Source: Camelus ferus
Lineage: Eukaryota
DNA: 64,000 nt
Assembly: GCF_009834535.1 (NCBI RefSeq)
Contig: NC_045696.1
Coordinates: 47,680,001-47,744,000 of the forward strand
Direction of reading: 5' to 3'
Every line of letters begins with the position of its first letter. Within the stretch, counting starts at the first letter, position 1. Below, one piece after another: positions 13,201-28,200 of the stretch. The notes beneath the pieces were generated by a model. It was not told where the DNA came from. It made no database searches and saw only the letters and a list, made by a program, of their open reading frames with translations. The position numbers and the translations under genes were made by a program.

Positions 13201-16200
13201 ACACGTGTACTTACACATATATTCATTCTACATACATATATATGTATATGATTTACTAGTTCAAATACATTGTATAAAAAGAAAATATAAGTCAACTAAT
13301 TTTTTTAATGGAACCTATTCTAATCAAAGCACCTTGGATTCACTGAAGTAAACAACAAATTCCTACCCGGGGGAATGATGTAACTTAAGAACGGCTTCTG
13401 TGGTATGTTGCTATTATGGCCAAATATTTGTTTCACACGATTACTCTTCAGCAAACTTTCCAGAATGCAGTTTAAATTTTATTTACAACTGTAAAAATCA
13501 CTTTAACAATTGGGTAGGAGGTATTTTATAAATAAAAACTTTATGAAGATAAATCAAAAAAGTATAGCTATAATCTTAAGAAGGAAGAAATAACAGTATG
13601 ACAATAAAAAACTAATTAAACCTATGTTGTTGGTTAAAATTTTAGAGTAGATTTTAATGTATTTATAACTTTTAAAAATTATTGTATGTGTTCTCAATTT
13701 TTTGTTAGATATGTAAGTTAAATAAGTTGAGCATTAAACAAAGTATAAATAAATTTTAAAAAATAACTACGAAGATCATTGAAGGAAGGAGAGTTACCTT
13801 GGTCTGTAGAGGCAATAACATAGGTATTTTGTTTGAACTCTTTTGGCCTGAATGAAAATTCTCATCCAAGGGTCAAAATACAGAACAGATGTGTAGGCTC
13901 TGAATGACCATCTCTCTGGAAAACTAGAAAAGAAGATAACAAAGGCCATACTGTAGAGGATGTAATAATGACATTATTTGAGAAGAAAAAATCAGTTCTA
14001 AGTAGACTTATATCAGCAATATAAAAGATACTATTCATTAAAGCTATCAGCCCAGAAGGACAAAATCAAGCCAAATAAATAAAATAATCCCCCTGCTCAA
14101 ACATAATAAAAAGAATGCAGGCCCACATGAATAAAATACATTTCCATGAAGTTAGTGCAAACAGAGAAATACAATAAAATGTTTCATTTGCTTTGAAAAT
14201 TATGAACAAGAAACATAAAACTTCATCCTGTAAGTGCAATAAGTATTAAAGTAAGTATTAATGGTCAGCTGAGAGGAGAAGTCTGACAACATGATAAGTG
14301 GAAAAAGAAGAGAAGAGAGAAAAATAAAGGATAGAAAGGCAATAAAATGGAAGCAGAAACAATGTAAATAGCCTATGAAGAGAACTACCCTTCTAAAGCT
14401 GCACATTGCTGAGAAATGGCTGCGTTGCCGTATACCAACAATTCCAGGGACCTTCTACATTAAAGTTTATTTATGAACTGTAAATCCTCTCCAATTAGAC
14501 AAGAAATAAAGATTAAAAACAAGCCCAGCCATCTACTTAAGAAGGAGTGCTCTCCATCTACTGGATCCCAGAAAAGGCTACTATGAAGGGCTACAAGGCC
14601 AAGTCGAAAGCAGGGGGCCGTAAACCCATCACTTTTACAAGCCCACCTCAGTTCAGAGGGAGATGGGTTGATGGAAAGGAAATATAAAGCCCATCTGGGG
14701 AGGTCAGCTCAATGGGGTCACACTATTGGCAGTTACTCAGTAAGAAAGAACAGAACTCCAAGGAATTTACAAAAATGAAGACAAAGCCCATGAGCAGTGC
14801 AAGGATTTCCTGGTTGGTTATACTTTCCTAAGGCAGGATCTGAAGCTCATTAAAAAGTCAGGAATTTCTTTTAATTGTTTGAAAAGAAATTCTTTAAAAG
14901 TAAGCCTTAAGTGGAATTTCCCAATGTAAATGATATAAAAGTATCCAGTCCATGGCTATTATTCCATAACTTCTGGTGCAACTTTGATGTGACAAGAGAG
15001 GCTGTCTGCACTAAGGTGCAGCACTGCAATAATACAGTCGGTTATTAGTATACAAGCAGCTGCACAATCAAGTCCTCATCTGTTAAAAGAAAAAAAAGTC
15101 ACCATGGGACACTATACAAATTCTGAGTACTTTTACCATTATTCAAATCCTCTCTGGATCTCCTGATTTGGAATTACCCCTACAACTAGCAGCTCTTTCT
15201 TTTGACTCTCCTTGAAGCTAACACTTCTCTGTCATTTGAAGATAAAAGTCAAAAGTAATTCAAAGCCAAATTAGGGAATTTGAGAAATACAGTGAGATAT
15301 CAAGCTGGGTTAGACAAGTTTGGGTTAAAAAGAATTATACAAACATAAAGTAAGGACACATACTTCTACCTCCTGATAGGTCAATTTTTTTTACGAATTC
15401 AATAAATATTTATAGGTAACTATTCATAGCATGCATGTTGGGGATCCTCAAGACTTCCCCTGTGTTAGGAGAGGCATTAGAAGGTCTCATGGGACTTAGC
15501 ACACACCTGCACTCATGGCGACGCAGCAGGACATACACTGGTGCATAGGGAAAAGACAGGTGGAGTCTGGAGGAATCCTTGCGTGGCTTTCTTATGTCCT
15601 CTCCCTCTCATGAAGGATCACACAGAGACTACTCTTTCCCTAGCTATGAAAATGTAGCAACATGTGTGTGATGCTTCTGCCCAGGGAAGCCCTTTAGAGA
15701 CTAAGCACCAAAGGTTTTCTGGTTTTTTGTTTGTTTTTGTTTTTGTTTTTTACTGGGGCTGGCTGTATAAATACCCTCTGCCCAGGATGTATCAAAATTT
15801 CAGAGTCCCAGAAAGACAGTCATCAGCAAAAATCACATTGTTTGCACAGTCTAGACACAGTAAGCCACCCTTATCTGTTAGAGAAAGTTTTTTATCAGTG
15901 TCAGGAACCATTTACCAGCCAAGTTCCCCGAAGCCAGCCAAGGGCCAGTCTTGTAAGCAAGCCTTCTAGTGTCAACCCTTTTCTATACACATACCACCTA
16001 CTTCTGAAAGTTCCCATTTACTTGTGACAAACAGAATGGCAATACCTCCCATGCTATTATAATGTCTGTGATAGAAAGACAAAGGCGGCTAAACATGAAA
16101 TCTGTACATCAAATAGGCCACCCAATGTAACTTTCAAACGTCTTTACATGATGTGTAAGGTCTTTCACATCTGGACCCCACCTAACCCTCCAGCCTCTTC

Positions 16201-19200
16201 TCCTGCTGGCTTCAGTCTAGCTATTTAGTCTCGCTCTCAGTTCTCCAGGTATGGGATCCTGCCTTCTTACCAAGAATCAGCACATTTAATTATTTGGCCA
16301 TTTTCAGTCAGATCCTCTTCACGCCTCAGGAGATCTCACTTCCTCTCAAAGCCTCCCCTCGCTCCCCAAGTCTGGGTGAACCACTCCCCACCTTCTCTGT
16401 GCAACCCCATCACAGTACTTGCCACGTAATGTGTCACTGCCTGCTTACCTACTTGTCTCTTCGTCAGGCTGTATGCTCCATGAGGCTAGCATCCTCATCA
16501 ATAAATATTTGTTTGAATAAGTAATAATTATTCAGGACTTTCTTGGCTATATTTAGAATAAACAACAGGTGGTTCCCTATATAAGACTTTTAATGACTTT
16601 TTAATGACTGATCATCTTCCATGATGATGTTACCAGTCTATAAAGAAAGCTACTCCCTTGGGAAACTGAGATACAAATGTTCAAAGTCATCAAGGTATCT
16701 TCCGAACTAAGGGGAAGAAAAATACTGTTACTCTCCATCAATTATCACTTCATATATCTTTTCCAAGAGCAGTTCTTCTCTTGTTTCCTCCTAAAATGTC
16801 TTTTCCATCTTAAAGTTTTCCAGAAGTGTCCATATCTCTATCTTTGTCTGTATCATCTCTCTTTCTCTCTCATTTTCTACTTAAATGTCTATAAATAAAC
16901 TGAGAAAGGAAGATGGAGAGCAAACTCCCCAACATACACACATGCACATGACCAATGACAGATTCAAGAAGAGAGAATTTTAAGGTAGAAACTGGCTTTA
17001 TAGTCTGAAATACAATGGGAGGAAATGGAGTAGTCTATGTGCTTGTCCCCTGCTCAGCAGTGGGTATTCTCAGTCTCTAATTTAGCCTCCAGCTGTGGCC
17101 ATCGCCTGTGTGCAGCCTCTTTCTTCTCCCAACCTATCCACGTCATCCTGCTGCTGTTGGAAGTGTTGCTCCATATGCCACAGATCATGGGTCGATTGGT
17201 GTGCTGTGGCCACCAAACTGTGTTGTCAGAAAGAGGGGTCTCATGGACAAGGTCATATCTCCTTTACCAATTCATATGCTCTGTGGCTGGAGTCTGAGAA
17301 TGTGAATTTTTTTAAGCTATGCAGGAGATTGTTTAACTCTTACCAGCTTTGAGAACCATTGCCTGGTAGACCTACTGCACAGGGTGGTACATAAGGCAGT
17401 TTTCCTGGAAGAGGGGAGTAGAATAACCTCTTGAAGGAATCTGGAGCTAGAACACCCTCCACATTTATCCACACTGGGGACACAGAGAGCAGACTCCTAT
17501 CTGGCCCAACCACTGAGCTACCTTCCGTGATCGAGAAAACGACTCTAAAATCTAAGCACCAGACTAAATTAGATCCCTTAGGGAATATCTCAGAAGTGCC
17601 ATATTTTTATTCATGAAAATACTGAATAGTATAACCAAAACTGTTTTCTAAATTTGCTAAAATCCCTACAAAATCTCTGAAGATTTCTTAAAGTTGAAAT
17701 GAACAAGACTTATATGATCCTGAATCTAATGAAGTGCATAAAGATTTTTAACTAGCTTAAGTTCTGAACTATAAAGGGCCTAACCAAATTTAATCTTAGG
17801 GAAGATTATACCTAAGAGAAATGTCAACTCAAAGAGGTAATTTAGAAGAAAACTTATAAGCTCTGCTTCTGTCATAACCACAATATGGCAAGCAGCACAT
17901 TATAACAACTTGAAGCTCTAAGTTTTGATGTGTTCCCAGCCAGCTCAGGTAAGACATAAACTAGGGACATCATGGACTTCTGCACAATGACTGTCAATTT
18001 AGAAACACACTGGCAACATGGCATCTAGTTTAAAAACATTATTTAGCATAAAATTTCAACTCCATTACTCCATATTATATCATTACTTTCAGAGCTGGTT
18101 TTTTGGATGGGTTCCTCTAGCTGCCTCAGATCCTGAGCCATAACAGATTCCAGGGGCATGGCAGGCCCTTTCGATGACAGCCAAATCCACGACATGTCTT
18201 TCTTACTAGAATGTGTGTTTTCTACATTTTCTCATAAAGTTGAGTATGCAAAGTCCTTATGACATTAAGTAACTGAGATGAACACGGGCACAAAGCAATC
18301 ACACGTATAACAGACCAAGTGAAATGGTCATATGACCCTGGCCCCTAAAAAAGGAATCAGGAAAAATGCTATAGGAGTGATCAAGCCTCCACAGTTTGGA
18401 GGTCAAAAAAGGTAACAAAAACACTTTACAAAATTTCCTAAAGCTTCCTGTCTCATCCTAATAAAGATCCCCAGTGATCTTCAGGGATGGAGGCCAGTAG
18501 AACCCACAACTGAGAGTGCCAGCACCTTCCAGTGAAAGTGTCTGCAATATCCTTAGAAAATTACCTACACATTGACCGTCAGTGCTGTCTACCTTAATTC
18601 AATTCATCTGTTGCTTGCTATGTACCAGACATGAATTGGTTTACAGAGCATTACAGTAAGTGCTAGAGAGAAGTGCTGTAGGAGAATAAGAACGGAGGGA
18701 ATTAAAAGACACTGAGAGCTTCCATGTGCCTCGTACTGTGCCTATTCTATTTCTACAGGATTCATATTAGGTTTATGATGCTATAGCCTCATTTTATAGA
18801 TGAGAACACTGAAATCTATAGAGACTACAGATAACTTACCACTAGAATGAAAGCTCTCTCAACAGAATTCAAGACAACTTGGAGCAAAAAATATTTGTCT
18901 ATTTTGTTCCCTGACATATCCCTAGCTCCTAAAACAAAGCCTGACACTCACACTCAATAAATAGCCACTGAACAAGTGAATGTAAAATGAATCTACTTAT
19001 AGGCAGCAACTCAGTGGAAGAACCCAGGAATTTGAGGCCAGTTCTAAGTAACTACAAAGTCCACTCTCCTTATGATGTACCCCCTCATCTCTAAGGCTGA
19101 TGGGTTTGAATCACTGCACTGCAATGTGACTTGGAGTGGTGACAGGTAGATGATGGACTCAGGCAAATCCACCCTCCACAGCCCCTACCTGCCTATAAGC

Positions 19201-22200
19201 CTGAGGTTCTGGTTCCTTCAACTTAATCCATAAAACTGGATTCAAGGATCTGATGCCCATGTCTTCTAACTCTGTATGGACCTTACTCTACACAGAATAA
19301 ATTATATGGCATTAGACTGCAAATACTGCCCAACCATTCAATTATCCCTAATGTCTCTGCTGACAGACCACGGCATCATATAAAGAAATATTTTTAAATA
19401 AACCAAAAACTAGATAGAATCAAGCTAGTAGATAAGAAGACATATTAGTCTCCTGCTGAAATCCAAGGAAGAATAGTAAGGAGGCCTGGTGCCTACAGAG
19501 GAATGAGAGGGAAAGAAGACGAGACAAAGGGCAGATAAGTATTTCAAGCAGGATGCTGCAAAACATTGGTAAAGACTTACTTTTTCTCTGGGTAAAATGG
19601 AAGATCACTGGAGAACTTTGTATAGAATATTTAAAAGACTACTCTGGCTGCTTACAGAGGGGCAAGGCTGGAAGAGTGGAGTCAAGGGTGGAAGCAGGGA
19701 GACCAGTGGACCAGTGGGAGGTCTTCTGCAATAATCCAGATGAGACACGATGGTGGCTCAAGCCAGCATCACACCAGTAGAGAAGGTGATAGTGATTGGA
19801 TCTGGAACTATTTGAATGCACAGCCAATAGGAAATAAATAAGTTGAAAGAATCCTCCAATTGCTGAGTACAAAAAATTAGAAAAAGATAAGACTCCACCA
19901 ATATACACATCATGGGAATTATTAAAGGTTAAGGGAAAAAAAATCCTAAAAGCTCTCTAACAGGAAACAATAAGTAATTTACAAAAGTTAATAACCACAG
20001 CTACATCAGACTTCTCATTAACAATATGGATTCAAGAAGTCAAATGAGCAATAGGTTCTGAGAAAAATAATTTTTGAACCAGTATTTCTTTATCCATTTA
20101 AACAAGTACTGAGGTGGGGATGATAAAGGCACTTTTAAGGATACAAAGCTTCCAAAAATGTATCACCAATAGACTCTGAAATAATTATTTGAGAATTTAC
20201 AGGATTATATTCTAATATAATAATCTAAACTAATAAATAAGTGAAGAAGATATGGGATGAAGATAGCATGATAAGCAAAACCAATTTTTTAGTCTTATAG
20301 TCTAATCACATATGCAGGGTGTGATAAAGTACTGTAAAGTTTGTAAATAAATTTTATATAAAATAATCAAAAGAGAAGAAACTGGTAAGGAAGAGAAATA
20401 AAAGCATACTAAGATTTTGACTTATTTGTGAGAAGATACAGATACTGATTAACTATAAACTTTGATAAGAAAACTAAATATGCTTATATATGTTTGCTTA
20501 AAATGTAAAAGGTAATTCACAGAAAGAATAGAATGGAACAAATAATTTTCAAACTATTGGAATAGAAAAAAAAAGAATCTTCCTCCTTGAAAACAAAAAT
20601 CACATCTCAACCAATCTTACAAATGGAGAAAAAGGAAAAAAAAAGCAGAACAAAATAAACAAAAACCAAGTAAGTGTAAACAAATAACAACCAAGGTAGC
20701 AAAGCAAATATAAAACATAAAATAAGAAGGCATCATAAGTTCAACCATAATAGATGTCATTATAAATGTGTAGACAAATTTCCTATTAAAAGATAGAAGC
20801 ATTTAGACTGAGTCAAAAATCTGGTTATATTCCATTTATATAAGAGAGACCAAAAATAAAAGAGCACTGCTCTAAATAAAGCAGTGGCAAAATATAAAGT
20901 AATAAAAAGTTAACTGAAAGAAAAAAAATAGGATATTAGACAAAAATAGAAATAAAGTTATTAGAAAATATTAACTGGAACATAAAGGGATATTTTAAAT
21001 TAATAAAAGGTTCACTTAAACAAAATGACATATGTGCCACAAATCTAACAACTCTGAAACACATACAACAAACACTAATAGAAATACAAGAAACATGGAT
21101 GTATTCATTGGCACTGTCAGAGATTCCAGCACACTTCTCTCAGAAATTGAAGGATCAAGAGGGAAAAAAAGATATTGAAGATGTGAATAACTTAATTTGA
21201 AAGTAGTATTAGACTCTTTCCTTATCAGAGAGTCACATTTTTCCAATGTTTAAAACATTAGGCCACAAGAAAATCTCAGCTGATTTCAAAGAGCAGATAT
21301 AAAACAGGCTATATTCTCTGATCACCATTTATTAAAATTAGAACAGTAAGAAGAAGATATTTCACATTTCCCCCTCAAAAATAAATCCTATGCCTTTATA
21401 GATTTTTAAAATATTTTTTAAAAATAATTTTTGAGCTAAAGAGGAAATAAAATGAAATTTATAAACTACTGAAAAATAAGCAAAAATGATAGTTCTACAT
21501 TTTGAAACCTGTGAAATATAGCCATAATGCAAGTAGTAAATAAGAGCCTGAGCTGTTTAGATTAGAAAGAGATTGAAAGTGAACAGATAAAATACATGCC
21601 TCTAGGAAACAGAAAAAAATGAAATAAATCCAAAGAATGTTTAAAAAAGTTAATATACATATAAAATTAACATAAACATAGTCGACTTAATTAAAAGAAT
21701 CCAAAATTGTTTCATTTTTAAAGATAGTCAAAACAGTTAAATCTCTCTAGCCAAGAAGAAAAGATGGCAGAAGTACACGATAAGAGAAGTAAAAGTAGAC
21801 AAAACTACAAGACTGGAGGAAAAGAGAAATTTTGTAAGAATATTCTGTGCAAAACTCCATATCAACAAACTTGAAAATCTAAATAAAATAAGTATTTTTA
21901 TAAGAAATTATAATGATAAATTTGGCCCAAGAATTTTAAAATCTTAACAGATTAACAGTTATAACGATGGAAAAGTGATGAAAGTAAAAAGGAAATAACA
22001 GGATCACAGATTTTTTATGGAAGTTCTACCAAGTCTATAGGTAAACAAGAAATTCATTTTAACTAAACTCATCCAAATCAACAATAAAGGTGAAAAGCTT
22101 CCCACCTCATTCTACTATAATCTATATACCAATACTAAACAAGACAAGAGAAACAAAAGCATAATTCTAGCCAGTCTGATGTGTAAACATTAAGGCAAAA

Positions 22201-25200
22201 AAATTTTTAATAAAATACTAGCAAAATTAACATGGTGAATAATGCATCGTAAACTAGTTGGATTTATTTGAGTGATGCAAGAATGGTTCAACATCATAAA
22301 CTCTACTATAATAACACACTGCTTTAACAGATTAAATGAGAAAAACAAAACTAAATCACCTCAACAGATGTCAAAAAGCATTGACTAAAATTTAATACCC
22401 ATCTCCTGTTGTGAAAAATAAATAAAAGGCACTCATTAAACTGACTTCTTCAGTTTGACAAAAGGCATTAATGCAAAGGAATAATAACTAGAACAAGTAT
22501 CACACCTAATGGTTAAACAAAAAAGAATTCCATTCAGACAAAAACAAGACAAAAAAGCATGTCTGCTATTATCACTTCTATTTAATTCATAATTAGTTAA
22601 AATAAGAAAAAAAGAAATAAGTATAAGTAACAGAAATGAAGACAAAAAACCATCACTATTTGCAAATGAAAACTATGTAGAAAATTTAATTAAATTTAAA
22701 TTTAATCTTATTAGAATAAAATAGTTCAGTAAATGGTGAGACATAAAATCAACAGGCAAAAAGTCAATGGCTTTCCTACCTAGAAAAAGCAACATAGGGA
22801 AAAAAGTCTTACTTGAAAGCCAAGAAGAGTCAGAAAATATCTATGACTAAACCTAACAAGAAATATACAAGAACCAAATGAAGAATAGTTAACAATTCCT
22901 CAGCTCATACTATGTGTAAGAAGTTTTCTAAGCACTTGTTACATCACATGTCATTTAACCTTGGCAACAACTCTGTGATATAATACTATTATTATTACTG
23001 CCATTTTCAAATGAGTAAATTGAAGTTCTTTGAGGTTAACCACCTGCCCCATAATAGCACAGCTTGTAGAACTACAAATTGAACACAGTCTAACTACCAA
23101 AGCCTTGTTCTTAATTACTATGATATACTATGATGTTATAAAACACCACTCAACTATATAAAAGAATACAGGAATAAGAACCAAAACATAAATATGTCAG
23201 TTCTCTCCCAATTAATCTATAAATTCAATGAACTACCAATCAAAATTCCAAGAATTTTTTTGGAATTAAACCTGAAAAGCTTATTTTAAAAATTCATATA
23301 GAAAAGAACATCCAAAAGAAGAGGCTATTAAAAAAAAAAAACAGGGATACTTCTTTTACCAAATGTCAAAACACATTGTAAGGGCTATAGCAATTAAGAA
23401 ATTCTAATGGGGCAGAAATAGAAAAATATGTCAGTGAAAAGGAACAGATTGTCTAGAAAAAGATCCAAGCACGGTAGGACTGGTTTATACTAACAACGCA
23501 TTTCAAATAAGTAGAAAAGGTTGAACTATTTAAAAATGTTGTATGCATGAGGAAAACATGAAATTAATCTATCTTCTCCATGCACACACAATTTATACCA
23601 TGTTCAAATTCCAGATGGATTAAAAGTCTATACAAAAATAAACTACAAATATTAGTAAATATTATAGTTGGTTTTCTGAGGGCTGTGAAGAAAAATCTAT
23701 TCCATAACTTTTGCCTAGGTTCTGATGCTACCTGGCAAAATTTTTAAAGATTGATTATATCAAATCCTGGTGACAATCAGGACATTGAGAAAATTCAGAC
23801 CATTGGTTAAGTGCATAGAGAATTTAAGTTTTTTGCACAGTACTTTAGCACTATCTATTTAAATTTAAAATTACTACTTCTTAATCTAGCAATATTTTTC
23901 TGAGAATACTAAAGAAATACTTGTGCACGTGTCCCCAAAATATAAGCATAAAGAACTCTTTTGTTAAAAGAGTGAAAAAGTGAAGTCCCATCCATCGGGG
24001 AGTGTTGATGTATATCAATGTATAATAATGGAATACCATGCAAAATTGCTACACACCAACATATAGTAATTGATTATTATACAGCCATTTTAAAAATTAG
24101 ATACATGATTTTAAAAAGAGTCAGCTTTTAAAATGAAGTATAGCACTATCTGATAAAAGGAACCAGGGTTCCTTGGAGATGATGGCAGGGTTACAGCAGG
24201 GGAAAGAGAAGTATAACATGAGCGTGGAACATCTTGTGGCTCCAGCAAGCACATAAATGTTCAGAAATGATGGTGACATGAAAAAAAAAAAAAATTCAGT
24301 TTGAATGGGCTCCTACTAGCCAAATCTAGGACAACTTTAGCCACAGAATTTATTCTGATAGTGAATAGATTATAACCCTTAGCATAAAAAGAATAAGAAA
24401 GAACCCATGGATTCATGCTACATACATCTGAAGAGAGGAAGGGCGAGAGGCTGAAAGATAAAGCAAGTGTGGAAAAACATCAACCTTTGCCTAATCTGAG
24501 TGAAAAGCATATCGGAATTCTTTATATTATCTTCTCCACCCTTTTGAAAAGTCTAAGTTATATCAAAAGAAAAAGTTAAGAAGAAAAACAATCCAAGAAG
24601 GGAGGGTATACATCAGTGTGGTAAAGTGTGTACTTAGCACCCATGAGGTCCTGGGTTCAATTCCCAGTACCTCCATTAAATTTTTTTCACCAAAAAGAAA
24701 AAAAAAAAAAAACCTACATTAAAAATTTTTTTTCTTAAAGAAAAAGTTTGAGTCAAATCTAATATAAACTGACAAGTGCTGTAAAAAAGCCAGATGATAT
24801 ATTTAAAAACTCAAGTTGCAGAATAATTTCTACAGGAGGAGAGAGACTGAAGGAACTGTGATGGAGAATGAGGAAGCACTATTATACTGATCTGTGTGTT
24901 TATGCAGCTTTGATTAGTTTCAATAAATTAATATTTGTGAACGACTTTAGGCCCATACCACATACCCACTCCACTCTTTGCCCCAAAGATTAACACCACT
25001 GGAACAGGTGTTGGACCACCAGGTAAACTAGGAGGAGTGAGATACAGGAGGGAAAACAGAAAACTAATGTGTGGATCCAGGATTCAGTGGTGTATCACAT
25101 GAAATTTCAAAATCTCAATTATGAAACTATAATTCTATACTAGTATCCACACAAAAACTTTATATCTTAAGAATGAAATTTAAAACATCTGAATTTTAGA

Positions 25201-28200
25201 GTTATAATTCCATAGCTGGCATCTACATAAACTCTCTGGGTAAGGGATGCCGAAGTGGAATTACAACCCTGTAGATTTTGCAGATGCCAATTTATACTAA
25301 CCACATACAAGGTAATGATGGGCACTGACTCATTTTAAAATCCTCCACCATCCTGTCATCTTCTATTAGCTTAGTCTTACTGTACTCCATCACTACAGAA
25401 CCTTTGAAAATGACTCTAAATTTTAATCACCTGTGTGATTGTGATTGAAGGTTACTTACAGACACCAGTGTGAACGAGAAAAAGGATTAACTTGATTCTG
25501 TTTTGCACAAATGGACTACTTCAATGGGAAAAAATACAATTTGGTGGTGGGGGGTGGTTACAAAAGTTTGAGATATGTAACTTGGTCCAGAGTTCCAAAA
25601 ATCACCACAATATAAATTAATACACAAAAATTGTCTAGAGATTAAACAATATGCTATTAAAAAACCAATGGGTCAATGAGGAAATCAAAGCTGAAATTAA
25701 AAAAAAACCTCGAGACAAATGAAAATGAAAGCACAGCCACACAAAATTTATGGGACACAGCAAAGGCAGTGCTAAGAGGGAAGTTTATAGTGATACAGGC
25801 CTTCCTCAAAAAACAACAACAATCTCAAATAAACAATTTAACCCACCAACTAAAAGAACTCGAAAAAGAAGAACAAAAACCGCAGAAGGAAGGAAATTAT
25901 AAAGATCAGGGAGGAAATAAATAAAATAGAGATTTAAAAAAAACCTAGAAAAATCAATCAAACCAAAAGCTGGTTTTTTGAAAAAGTAAATAAAATCGAC
26001 AAACCTCTGGCCAAACTCACAAAGATGAAAAAAGAGAGAGCACAAATTAGCGAAATAAGAAAGGAAAATGGAGAAACTACAACAAATAAAATAGAAATAC
26101 AGAATATCATACAAGAATATTATGAAAAACTATATGGAACCAACTGGATAACCTAAAGGAGATGGACAAGTTTCTGGAAACATACAGTCCACCAAGACTG
26201 AATCAAGAAGAAACTGACCACTTGAACAAACCGATCACTAGAAATGAAATCGAAATAGCAATAAAAAACCTCCCTACAAAGAGAAGTCCAAGACCAGATG
26301 GCTTCACTGGGGAATTCTACCAAACATACAAAGAAGAACTCATACCAGTCCTTCTCAAACTCTTCCAGAAGACTGAAAAGGAGGGAATACTCCCAAACTC
26401 ATTCTATGAAGCCACCATCACTCTGATACCAAAACCAGCCAAAGACACTACCAAAAAAGAGAATTACAGGCCAATATCACTGATGAACATAGACGCCAAA
26501 ATCCTCACCAAAATATTAGCAAATAGAATCCAACAACACATAAAAAAGACCTAATGAAACTTACAAGCTTCTGTACAGCAAAGGAAACCATAAGTAAAAC
26601 AAAAAGACAACCTACGGAATGGGAGAAAATTTTTGCAAATGAAACCGACAAAGGCTTGATCTCTAGAATATGTAAGCAGCTCATATGACTTAATAAGGAA
26701 CAACCAAACAACCCAATCCAAAAATGGGCAAAAGACCTAAACAAGCAATTCTCCAAGGAAGACATACAAATGATCAATAGGTACATGAAAAAATGATCAA
26801 TATCACTAATTATCAGAGAAATGCAAATCAAAACTACAATGAGGTATCACCTCACACCAGTCAGAATGGCCATCATTCAAAAATCCACAAATGACAAATG
26901 CTGGAGAGGCTGTGGAGAAAGGTGAACCCTCCTACACTGCTGGTGGGAATGCAGTTTGGTGCAGCCACTATGGAAAACAGTATGGAGATTCCTCAAAAGA
27001 CTAGGAATAGACTTACCATATGACCCAGGAATCCCACTTCTGGGCATATATCCAGAAGGAACCCTACTTCAGGATGACACCTGCACCCCAATGTTCATAG
27101 CAGCACTATTTACAATAGCCAAGACATGGAGACAGCCTAAATGTCCATCAACAGATGACTGGATAAAGAAGTGGTATATTTATACAATGGAATACTACTC
27201 AGCCATAAAAATGACAACATAACGCCATTTGCAGCAACATGGATGCTCCTGGAGAATGTCATTCTAAGTGAAGTAAGCCAGAAAGAGAAAGAAAAACACC
27301 ATGTGAGATCGCTTATATGTGGAATCTAAAAAAAACAAAAACAAACAAAGCATAAATACAAAACAGAAACAGGCTCACAGACATAGAATACAAACCTGTA
27401 GTTGCCAAGGGGGCGGAGGGTGGGAAGGGATACACGGGATTTCAAAATTGTAGAACAGATAAACAAGATTATACTGTATAGCACAGGGAAATACACACAA
27501 GATCTTATGGTAGCTCACAGAGAAAAAAATGTGACAACGAATATACATATGTTCATGTATAACTAAAAAATTGTGCTCTAAGCTGGAATTTGACACAACA
27601 TTGTAAAATGATTATAAATCAATAGAAAATGTTAAAAAAAAAAAGAAAAATACCATATGAGATCACTCATATGAGGAATCTAAAAAAAAAAAAAAACATA
27701 AATACAAAACAGAAAGAGACTCACAGACATAGAATACAAACTTGTGGTTGCCTAGGGGGCGGGGGTTGGGAAGGGACAGACTGGGATTTTTAAAATGCAG
27801 AATAGATAAACAAGATTATACTGTATAGCACAGGGAAATATATACAAGATCTTGTGGTAGCTCATAGTGAAAAAAAATGTGAAAATGAATATATATATGT
27901 TCATGTATAACTGAAAAATTGTGCTGTACACTAGAATTTGACACAACATTGTAAAATGACTATTACTCAATAAAAAAAGTAAAAAAGAATTTTTTTAAAT
28001 AAGGAAAAGTGAATATTTTACAGATAAAAAAAATTGTCTAAGCACGCCCTAAAGAAATAACTTGTTTTCTGTTATTAGCTCACCTTTAATTTTCAGTATT
28101 CTCAGCGCCCCCGTGCCCCTCCATTTTGTTCCAAACTCTTGATTTTCTTTTGATTTCTTACAAAGCTATTTTTCATGCCATCTTCTTTCCTTTCTGGAAA

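Noticed and set aside
25676..27222. ORFs with reverse-transcriptase-associated peptides as a functional gene
   Set aside because: These are frameshifted, stop-containing L1 ORF2 fragments with the RT core deleted.
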